Virus record (IMG/VR): IMGVR_UViG_3300016474_000678 | Span: 1-24,293 of that record | DNA from: a virus | Taxonomy: Duplodnaviria > Caudoviricetes | DNA length: 24,293 bases | Direction: 5' to 3' (one strand) | Shown: positions 17,814 through 24,293 of the stretch, piece after piece | Layout of the letters: each line of letters starts with the position of its first letter | Position numbering within the stretch: position 1 is the first letter of the stretch | Position numbers and translations under genes: made by a program | Notes under the pieces: generated by a model | Seen by the model: the letters and a program-made list of their open reading frames with translations, nothing else | Database searches by the model: none | What the model was told of the DNA's origin: nothing

Positions 17814-18424
17814 TTTCTATTCACTTTCTGAGCAACAGATGCTAAATCATGAAGAATAATAGCACCTTGTTCACCATGTATTTTTCGAATTTGACAATAC
17901 TCTTGTGGCAACCAATATGTTGATGGTTGAACATCACACCATGCTTGCTGCAATGTCCATTGATCCCAATCTGTTTCATTCTTTGTGCAAAGTTGCAACC
18001 ATCTTCTGCACATTTCCTTAGATTTATCGTTATTTTTAAAATAAATTGTACCAGAATTAAACCAACGAGGACTTAATCCCTGTGGCCAATTTTCTGGTAA
18101 AGATATTTGTTCTCTACCTACTGGTTTTTTGATTCGTTGACCTGGTTCTGCACGAATTGCAAAATTTTCTTTAATATTTCCAAATAATTCTGGATATTTC
18201 ATCAAACAAGAATCAGAATCTAACCAAACTACATCTGTCTTGAGTGTCATTAGCATCTCATAGATGTAATATGACTTAAAAGCGCAGTTTTTGACCCAAG
18301 AACCCTTGTCTTCTGCTTCAGTAATAATTAAAGGTACTTCAAATTTCTTACAAGACAGATTTAAATTCTTAGTCTGTTCTCTATAGTAGTCATTTGTGTA
18401 AAATGTCACTGCTGTAAATGTCAT
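17810..18424 (-). CDS. Nucleotide-diphospho-sugar transferase (GT-A; GT77/GT34-like), paralogue 2
   Basis: VTFYT..Y, GSWVKNC..K, VVWLDSD, NSGTIYFKN, WDQWTLQ, LP.EYC, ILH; clearly homologous to the adjacent gene. Confidence 0.7.
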   Translation of the reverse strand: MTFTAVTFYTNDYYREQTKNLNLSCKKFEVPLIITEAEDKGSWVKNCAFKSYYIYEMLMTLKTDVVWLDSDSCLMKYPELFGNIKENFAIRAEPGQRIKKPVGREQISLPENWPQGLSPRWFNSGTIYFKNNDKSKEMCRRWLQLCTKNETDWDQWTLQQAWCDVQPSTYWLPQEYCQIRKIHGEQGAIILHDLASVAQKVNRK

Positions 18425-19440
18425 CGTAACGAATCTCTTATTTTTTTATTTAAAATATCTGCATTCACGGCATTAGGTATGCGAACATATGATGGATATC
18501 TTTTTACACTCACTGGAGATTTAGGTGAATTTTTTACTTCTGGTTGTCTTTTTGTTCGTACATTAATTTCTGCTTGTTTTCTTTCCGCTTGTTTTAATAT
18601 TCGATCTTTATTCTGTTTTTTTTTATCTTGTATACTTAATACATTTTCTTTTCTAAAATCTCTTAGTTTTCTGCGCTCTTCTTTGCTTATTCTTTGAGGA
18701 ACTACTCTCTGAACTTGTGGGAAACTATTTACTGGATGCTGTGATTTTTCCGTTGGACGGTAAAATACTTGATCCTCTGGTAATACAAAAGATTCAGCAT
18801 CAAATTTTGTTGTAAATTGCTCAAATATATCTCCACATTTCCATGAATACCATGTGTATCCTAGTTGTTTTGCTTTTGGATACCAATCTTTCAATGATCT
18901 ATGAACTTGATCTAGTGTTGCGTTGTAATTGTGTGCTTTTCTTAGATCATTTGATGTAGATTCATATGCATATTTCTTGTCTGCCGATACAGCATTTAAA
19001 TCGTTACCAACCCAAATTACATTTTTAACACCAACATGATGCAACCATTGTATAGCAAATGTAGCACTCTTGTGTGGACCCTTTAGTAATGGTAATTTTT
19101 TAGAAAATAAATGACCAGTTATATCAGATACTTGTCTGTCAGAATCGGAATACAAAATTTCTTGATAATTTCGTATTACTCCAGTGTGTTTTGGATTAAT
19201 TTTTCCGTTTGGAATAATTTTTACAATATTTTCATTTTGATATGCAATATTTCCTTCTTCGCCGTGCATCTCATTCAGATAATCAGCAAGAATCCAGTAA
19301 TGTGGATTTGTAATCTTACGAATTGCGGTGCTTACTACTACAACAGGCAGTCCCAAAGAATAAGGATCCACTAAATTTAGCGAAGGCCCAGAGCATACCA
19401 GCACACAAGTATCGGTTGGAAATTGAAAATTATCGCTCAT
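18421..19440 (-). CDS. DUF115/Maf/MptE-like (sialyltransferase-like fold) protein with a basic C-terminal tail
   Basis: CVLVCSGPSL, PHYWILAD, SATFAIQWL..VG.KNVIWVGNDL follow the GxGPSL / SxxxAxxxAxxxGxxxIxxxGxD pattern. About 100 aa of Lys/Arg-rich C-terminus. Confidence 0.6.
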   Translation of the reverse strand: MSDNFQFPTDTCVLVCSGPSLNLVDPYSLGLPVVVVSTAIRKITNPHYWILADYLNEMHGEEGNIAYQNENIVKIIPNGKINPKHTGVIRNYQEILYSDSDRQVSDITGHLFSKKLPLLKGPHKSATFAIQWLHHVGVKNVIWVGNDLNAVSADKKYAYESTSNDLRKAHNYNATLDQVHRSLKDWYPKAKQLGYTWYSWKCGDIFEQFTTKFDAESFVLPEDQVFYRPTEKSQHPVNSFPQVQRVVPQRISKEERRKLRDFRKENVLSIQDKKKQNKDRILKQAERKQAEINVRTKRQPEVKNSPKSPVSVKRYPSYVRIPNAVNADILNKKIRDSLR

Positions 19441-20107
19441 TGCATACTTCCGTAGAACTTTTGTTCTCAGAAGTATATAGACTGATAGTTTCCATCAACT
19501 TTTTGATATATTTTTTAGGTTTTTGCTGGAAAACAAGAGTCGAACCATCATCACATGACATCAATATGACAATATTTGATACTGGAATACCCGTTCGTTC
19601 TTCTAACATGATCGCATAGCAGGTTGCTTGAAGAAAATATTCTTCAATCTCAAACTCATCCTTCATTTTTTTGGATGTTTTGAAGTCAATAATTGATAAT
19701 TTACCTTCATATTCTGCAATACAGTCAACTCTGCCTGCTAATTTTAGCGTATCTGACCATAGAGCAACCTCTTGACACAAAATTTTATCAATATTGTGCA
19801 ATTCGCTTTTTACCTGATCAAATAATTTTTGAGTTTTGAGGTCAGAATGACGATCTACTTGCTCATTATTGAGATATTTTTCAATCAACAAGTGAAAGTC
19901 ATTACCTCTTTGGAGTGCATATTTGGACTCTTCTGGATTTTTCTTGCGCCATTCAGCAAAAAACTCCCGCTTCTTCCACCCAGTAACCGTTGTAACCGAA
20001 GGATACTTGTTACCTTCTGGGGTAACATAAAGTCTTTTTCCTTCGGTTTCGATTACTTTGAGTTGCGGGAGTGTTATTTGTGCTGGATATTTTTCAAATT
20101 GCTTCAT
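19430..20107 (-). CDS. PD-(D/E)XK exonuclease of T4-like phages
   Basis: R.Y.TP.G..YPSVTTV, RG..FH..IE.YL, E..LWS..L.LAGRVDCIAEY.GKLSIIDFKTS, YFLQ...YA.M. Confidence 0.9.
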   Translation of the reverse strand: MKQFEKYPAQITLPQLKVIETEGKRLYVTPEGNKYPSVTTVTGWKKREFFAEWRKKNPEESKYALQRGNDFHLLIEKYLNNEQVDRHSDLKTQKLFDQVKSELHNIDKILCQEVALWSDTLKLAGRVDCIAEYEGKLSIIDFKTSKKMKDEFEIEEYFLQATCYAIMLEERTGIPVSNIVILMSCDDGSTLVFQQKPKKYIKKLMETISLYTSENKSSTEVCNER

Positions 20108-20123
20108 AATATAAAAATTTAAT

Positions 20124-20438
20124 TCAACCCTCGTATTGTCGGGTTGCTTTATCCTCTATGTCGTCTTCGTGTTCTTGTGCCATCTTTTCGTCGTCTTCAG
20201 AGTCTTTTTCTCTATCAGAAATCATAGTTCTGATCATATGGAGTTCTTCTCTGTGTTTTTTCTTTTCATCTTCATCTTTAGACGAATCTACTTTATCTGC
20301 ATATTCGGATGCAAGTGCTTTTAGTTCATCTGTATCCATCTTTTCAAGTTGCTCTCTGGTATGACTTTCACGAAGAATATCCAAGTAAGCGTCAGAAAGT
20401 TGCTTGATTATGGGATCATTGAAAAAGTTATTAAACAT
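20124..20438 (-). CDS. Acidic hypothetical protein, possible head-internal/virion protein
   Basis: 104 aa, Glu/Asp-rich; N-terminal LSDAYLDILRES with an L-x-E motif; AGGA SD upstream. Confidence 0.6.
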   Translation of the reverse strand: MFNNFFNDPIIKQLSDAYLDILRESHTREQLEKMDTDELKALASEYADKVDSSKDEDEKKKHREELHMIRTMISDREKDSEDDEKMAQEHEDDIEDKATRQYEG

Positions 20439-20444
20439 TGTATC

Positions 20445-20630
20445 CTACTTTTTGTTGGTTTCAAGTTTTTTCTTGAAAGATTTGTATGTCGTGGATTTGG
20501 TAGTTGCATCTAACGCACAGGGAGGAGTTGGGTATCCTTTGCTCCTTTTTGAAATATCCAACTCCTGCCCTGGCGTTATCATAGGACTATCATCTGCATT
20601 AAGTGATTTTTTGTCTTCATCTCTCATCAA
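20445..20630 (-). CDS. Small hypothetical protein
   Basis: 61 aa; ATGA overlap with the upstream gene; ends TYKSFKKKLE. Confidence 0.55.
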   Translation of the reverse strand: MMRDEDKKSLNADDSPMITPGQELDISKRSKGYPTPPCALDATTKSTTYKSFKKKLETNKK

Positions 20631-20929
20631 TCATCAGTTTCAATATAAACTTTTTTCTTTTTACCAAAACCCTTCATATAATCTGTGATTGGTTGGTATT
20701 GATATTTTGCATGTGCGGGATATATTAAGTGTCTATGTGCAGCAGCTGCTGCACCAGATAATATGGAACCTAATATACCACGAATACCTCTAGGTCTATC
20801 ATCGGTTGCAACTTTTTTCTTTTTTGATACAACTTCTATTTTATCTTTTTTAGATTTTTTAGATTTAGATGTACCAGAAGAAGTCTTTGCTTCCGATAGT
20901 TCAAAAGTTAATGTTTTATAAGTTTTCAT
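20627..20929 (-). CDS. Basic hypothetical protein with a T4 internal-protein-like capsid-targeting N-terminus
   Basis: Starts MKTYKTLTFELSEA (compare the T4 IP targeting sequence MKTYQEFIAE); Lys-rich body; TAATG coupling. Confidence 0.6.
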   Translation of the reverse strand: MKTYKTLTFELSEAKTSSGTSKSKKSKKDKIEVVSKKKKVATDDRPRGIRGILGSILSGAAAAAHRHLIYPAHAKYQYQPITDYMKGFGKKKKVYIETDD

Positions 20930-21882
20930 TAATTTTGATATGGTAACTTACGATCTAAGAAGTTAGAATACCCTTCGATGATTGGACTATAGTTAGGATC
21001 TAATGAAGGATCATATCCTGTTGTTAGTGGTTTCTTGCCTGGTGCAACTTTCTTTATTGCACCTTTAGCTGCTGGTGTTTTTGGTGCTGCTTTCTTTGCA
21101 ACAGGAGCAGATTTACCAGGCATTGGTTTAGCACCCGTTGCAGCAGGAGCAGCAGTCTTCTTTGGTGGAACCTTTGGTGTTGGTTTTGTTGTGCCTTTTG
21201 CAGCAGTAGTTCCTGTCTTAACTGGTGCTTGTGTTGTCTTCTTAGAACTGTCTACTCTGGTAGTAGTTCTCTTAGAATTATCTATTTTGTTGCTGGTTCT
21301 TTTTGATAGATCTGTTGTAGATTGATCCGTATCTCTACCAGATGCAGTGTTAGATAAGGTAATGTTTATACCCTTATCTGCACCACCTTTTTGACCAGAA
21401 GTTTTTGCTGGTTTTGTATCAGGTTTAGGTGTTTTAGACTTAGTTACTGGAGTGCCAGCAGAAGATTGAGGTTCTGCACTTGCTCCTGCATCACCTTTGT
21501 CACCTTTTTCGCCTTTACCGCTGCCTGGCCCATGCAATACTGCTCCGATACCAGAACCGATACCATGAGCAAGTTTGCCAATTCCCTTACCTACACCCTT
21601 GGCAGCAGTTGCAATACCTTTACCTAAACCTTTAAATACTTTACCGATACCTTCTCCGATACCTTCATTTAAAGTTTCTTTTAGTTCAGATGGATTATCA
21701 TAATGCTCTGCTAAAAATTCATTAATATTTTCTTCAACAGAATCTTCATCGCTGTTTATGATAATTTCTACGACATTCTCAATAAAGAATTCTCTTTCCT
21801 CAGAGGAATTGAATTCTATATGCATGTCGATGCCGTCTGCAATACCTTCTACCAATATGTCTAATTTGCTATTTTGTTGCAT
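20929..21882 (-). CDS. Putative processed virion protein: acidic propeptide plus Gly-repeat plus histone-H1-like Lys/Ala/Pro/Thr tail
   Basis: 317 aa; SD AAGGA; directly downstream of TATAAATA; many L/I-x-E sites in the acidic N-terminus. Confidence 0.65.
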   Translation of the reverse strand: MQQNSKLDILVEGIADGIDMHIEFNSSEEREFFIENVVEIIINSDEDSVEENINEFLAEHYDNPSELKETLNEGIGEGIGKVFKGLGKGIATAAKGVGKGIGKLAHGIGSGIGAVLHGPGSGKGEKGDKGDAGASAEPQSSAGTPVTKSKTPKPDTKPAKTSGQKGGADKGINITLSNTASGRDTDQSTTDLSKRTSNKIDNSKRTTTRVDSSKKTTQAPVKTGTTAAKGTTKPTPKVPPKKTAAPAATGAKPMPGKSAPVAKKAAPKTPAAKGAIKKVAPGKKPLTTGYDPSLDPNYSPIIEGYSNFLDRKLPYQN

Positions 21883-21909
21883 TGAAAAGTCCTTTATTAA
21901 TTGCTATTA

Positions 21910-21917
21910 TATTTATA
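21910..21917 (-). promoter_or_regulatory. T4 late promoter TATAAATA
   Basis: Exact consensus in the intergenic gap, about 28 nt upstream of ATG 21882. Confidence 0.8.
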
Positions 21918-21924
21918 ATTATTG

Positions 21925-22338
21925 TTATTGCGGTGGGAGGAATGGGTTTTGTTCAGCGGGAAGAACCTTTCCTCGCTTAATATTGTAAAAATAACTAATA
22001 AACTTATGACCATACTTGTTATATTCTCTCAAAAAGTCATCATCGCCAGTGTGTTGGCGAATATAATCAATTCCACGATCAAACAACGCAGTAAGATCAC
22101 CTACTGTTACTTCATACAATCTTTTATTAATAAGTGGCGCAAGAACATCCATGCGAGTTACGACATGACGAATAAACATATCGCGGTTGTAATTTAAAGC
22201 ACGGGTAATATCTGCTCTTTTTTTACGCAAAGAGTGACGGATTATTTTTTCTTGTCTTGAAGCATTTGGATCTTCAAAGTTTTGAGCATAATCCTGCTCG
22301 TCCTGTTCTTTTAAGAGGGTATAGTAGTTTTTTTGCAT
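21925..22338 (-). CDS. Hypothetical protein (possible virion protein)
   Basis: Likely start ATG 22338 (MQKNYYTLLKEQ) with GGAG SD at 22344-22347; GATAAATA late-like element at 22354-22361. Confidence 0.65.
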   Translation of the reverse strand: MQKNYYTLLKEQDEQDYAQNFEDPNASRQEKIIRHSLRKKRADITRALNYNRDMFIRHVVTRMDVLAPLINKRLYEVTVGDLTALFDRGIDYIRQHTGDDDFLREYNKYGHKFISYFYNIKRGKVLPAEQNPFLPPQ

Positions 22339-22352
22339 AAAATCTCCACACA

Positions 22353-22598
22353 TTATTTATCTTTTTCCAACCACTCTGTTTTATGCGGTTCTAAACCAAT
22401 ATTATCTTCTATCCACCCCACCGCATCATTGAAAGCATCAATAGTGTCACTCATAAGATAAAAATTCATTATATCTTCTGATTCTTTTTTGCATTCAAAA
22501 TCTACATCGTAAATTGGTAAATTTTGAAAATGAGCAAGATATATTGAGTATTTTGAACTCTTTTTTAAAACACTATAATGTGCTTTATAGTATGACAC
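22353..22598 (-). CDS. Hypothetical protein
   Basis: Likely GTG start at 22598, 6 nt after AAGGAG, rather than the track's 22622; no recognisable motif. Confidence 0.55.
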   Translation of the reverse strand: MSYYKAHYSVLKKSSKYSIYLAHFQNLPIYDVDFECKKESEDIMNFYLMSDTIDAFNDAVGWIEDNIGLEPHKTEWLEKDK

Positions 22599-22627
22599 CC
22601 CCAACTCCTTTCGGGGGCGCACCCCCG

Positions 22628-22948
22628 TTATTCTTGCTTAGGTACTTCTTGAGCGTTTGTCGCTGTCGATTTTATTTTCTCTTCAAGAACTACTTCTCCC
22701 GTCTTCTTATCTACACATGTTTTTGGTATTGGTTTTTTAATAAGTTCACGATATCCCCACATTAATGCAAGAACAGCAACTGGAGCATACCAAAAGATCC
22801 ATCCATATGATGGTGGAGTAGGACCAGGATGACCAATACTGTCTTTTAATTGCATCATCACAACATTATCAGATGTGGTATCTGGAATAATCTGAGGAGT
22901 CGTAGAGCAACCCACAAGTATCAAACTCAATAACATTAAATATTTCAT
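22628..22948 (-). CDS. Lipoprotein with a second TM helix (candidate unimolecular spanin)
   Basis: MKYLMLLSLILVG-C lipobox with Ser at +2; TM GWIFWYAPVAVLALMWGY followed by a basic stretch; SD AAGGA. Confidence 0.55.
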   Translation of the reverse strand: MKYLMLLSLILVGCSTTPQIIPDTTSDNVVMMQLKDSIGHPGPTPPSYGWIFWYAPVAVLALMWGYRELIKKPIPKTCVDKKTGEVVLEEKIKSTATNAQEVPKQE

Positions 22949-22956
22949 GATATTCC

Positions 22957-23421
22957 TTATGATTTATTATTTGCAGCAGCTGAACCAAAGTAAAATCCAA
23001 CTATACTGAGAAGAACTTGACGATTTTCAGATGTCCAAAAGAAACCGTTTAGTTCTACAAATGCTTTTCTAGCGGTTTCTGGAACTAATCCAAATAATAA
23101 TTCTGGATTCTTTACATCAACTTCAATGAAGGTTGGTACTCCAAAGAAAGGGAGTATGAATGGAGCAGCAAATGCTCCAAATAAAACAGTTAAAACTATT
23201 ATTTGTCTTACTGTTTTACCCGCATCAATAGAAACTCTTTGTACTGCTTTGTCTTGATTTTCTGTGGTCAACTTATTCATTTGAATGAGTTGATTGAACA
23301 TTTCTTTTTGATCTTGACTCTTTTGAGCCATATATCTAAAAAGGAATCCCGTGACTCCGCCGCCTATCATGCTTATTAGTTCAGTTGAAAACATCGGGGT
23401 TGACTCCACTGGAATAGACAT
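22957..23421 (-). CDS. Membrane protein, 3TM (GTA-type) holin-like
   Basis: N-terminal hydrophobic LISMIGGGVTGFLF, central TM IIVLTVLFGAFAAPFILPFFG, C-terminal LLSIVGFYFGS. Confidence 0.5.
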   Translation of the reverse strand: MSIPVESTPMFSTELISMIGGGVTGFLFRYMAQKSQDQKEMFNQLIQMNKLTTENQDKAVQRVSIDAGKTVRQIIVLTVLFGAFAAPFILPFFGVPTFIEVDVKNPELLFGLVPETARKAFVELNGFFWTSENRQVLLSIVGFYFGSAAANNKS

Positions 23422-23457
23422 TAAAAATCACGGACCTCATGGTAAAAAATACACTAG

Positions 23458-23465
23458 TATTTATT
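23458..23465 (-). promoter_or_regulatory. Late-promoter-like AATAAATA overlapping a stop codon
   Basis: AATAAATACTAGT on -; a similar TATACATACTAGT lies at about 24245-24257 upstream of the 24194 gene. Confidence 0.5.
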
Positions 23466-23802
23466 TCTTGATTTTAGTTTTCTTTTTTGTTTTTTGAGTT
23501 TTTACTGGTTCTTTTACACACACAAATTCTATATAATGAAAATATGCTGCCCATGAAAAGACCATTGCCAATCCTGCGTTCAGAAGAACTTCTGTCCAAG
23601 GCGGATTGCTAAATGTTAATGCATTTAATAATGCTCCAGCAGTACAAAAACAAAGACCAAATTTAACCAAAAAAGTTTTATACCAAGGCATCGTATTTAA
23701 TTTACTATTTGGTCGTCCAAATATAAAAATAATAAATGCGGTGAACGAAATAGTTAATATTAAACTAGAAATGAAATTGATAAGCATGGTATATTCAGCC
23801 AT
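23461..23802 (-). CDS. Three-TM membrane protein with a Lys-rich tail (holin-like)
   Basis: Three hydrophobic segments and the C-terminus KTQKTKKKTKIKK. Likely start ATG 23802 with AAGGA SD. Confidence 0.6.
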   Translation of the reverse strand: MAEYTMLINFISSLILTISFTAFIIFIFGRPNSKLNTMPWYKTFLVKFGLCFCTAGALLNALTFSNPPWTEVLLNAGLAMVFSWAAYFHYIEFVCVKEPVKTQKTKKKTKIKK

Positions 23803-23804
23803 AA

Positions 23805-24194
23805 TCAATCCTTAATTTTATTTGGTTTGCGACGAGACTTTGGTTTTTTTGGTAAAACTGTCTTCTCTACATCTTTTATATTCTTATTAAACCATTTTTC
23901 AAGAACAAGTTCAAGACCCTTTAATCCCATAAAACCCATTACAAATGCTACTGCATATTTTCCATTGGTTTGAACACCTTGAGGTAAAATAGACATAACC
24001 ACAGGTGTCAAATAATTTGCACATGCGGTTCCTGCTAAAATAGATGCTATTGTAGTGCTTAATTTTTGCGCTGAATTTTTCGATACTAGGAGTAAAGCAC
24101 CAAAAAAACCAGATACCAAAAATCCTATATCTATTCCGTATCGGATCAAAAATGCTTCGATTACATTTAAGTCGTTATGTGGTGTATTTTGCAT
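23805..24194 (-). CDS. Putative holin (three TM, basic C-terminus)
   Basis: GFLVSGFFGALL / ILAGTACANYLTP / AVAFVMGFMG pattern seen in putative phage holins; Lys/Arg tail; GAGGA SD. Confidence 0.55.
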   Translation of the reverse strand: MQNTPHNDLNVIEAFLIRYGIDIGFLVSGFFGALLLVSKNSAQKLSTTIASILAGTACANYLTPVVMSILPQGVQTNGKYAVAFVMGFMGLKGLELVLEKWFNKNIKDVEKTVLPKKPKSRRKPNKIKD

Positions 24195-24293
24195 GTCATT
24201 CCTCTATTATTGTTGTAAAATCACCAGCATAATAAAGAATGGGTACTAGTATGTATAAAATAAAACAACCACCATTACTGGAGGTTGAGTCGA

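Noticed and set aside
6540-19440. Island as a contaminating bacterial O-antigen locus
   Set aside because: Both ends overlap phage core genes by 11 nt on the same strand, and export/polymerase genes are absent; read-level confirmation is still advisable.
19430-20107. Cas4 / CRISPR-associated nuclease
   Set aside because: No Fe-S cysteine cluster pattern, no cas genes or array; matches the common T4-like exonuclease.
21480-21525. Collagen-like fibre protein
   Set aside because: Only about 4-5 Gly-x-y triplets; too short for a collagen domain.
2413-24249. Remaining short opposite-strand or nested ORFs in the track (e.g. 2413-2790, 5495-6043, 19323-19619, 21035-21325, 23606-23815)
   Set aside because: They overlap well-supported genes and show no motifs or ribosome-binding sites.
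24196-24293. Possible 3' end of an upstream - strand gene
   Set aside because: Two frames are open for short stretches; neither can be supported within the window.
1-24293. Stop-codon reassignment, tRNAs, introns or inteins
   Set aside because: Recognised genes are full length in the standard code and tightly packed; no cloverleaf or interrupted core gene was seen.

Overview
This window is part of a T4-like (Tevenvirinae/Kyanoviridae-style) myophage genome, AT-rich and densely coding. From left to right it has five parts. (1) A baseplate/tail module: gp48 on the - strand (truncated by the window edge, absent from the ORF track), then gp4, a gp54/gp19-like tube protein, gp26, gp51 (absent from the track) and a gp29-like tape measure. 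(2) gp32 and gp33, converging on the tail module at a tandemly duplicated terminator hairpin. (3) A gap-free, 16-gene, ~12.9 kb glycan-biosynthesis island between gp33 and the T4-like exonuclease. It encodes a complete Gmd-ColD-ColC/Fcl route to GDP-colitose (or fucose), an NDP-sugar epimerase and about 12 soluble glycosyltransferase-like proteins (GT2 x2, GT15, GT10, GT11, GT25 x2, GT7-like, two NDP-sugar transferase paralogues, a Maf/DUF115-like protein, one unknown). No flippase, polymerase or priming transferase is present. (4) A late-promoter-driven cluster of small proteins with T4 capsid-targeting and prohead-protease-like motifs, including a histone-H1-like basic protein. (5) Four membrane or lipoprotein genes resembling a lysis cassette. 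The most notable observations are the phage-borne colitose/Lewis-like glycosylation kit, a candidate SD-stimulated -1 frameshift fusing gp26 to gp51 just upstream of the tape measure, and the putative internal head proteins. All calls rest on motif recognition by eye; no searches were run.
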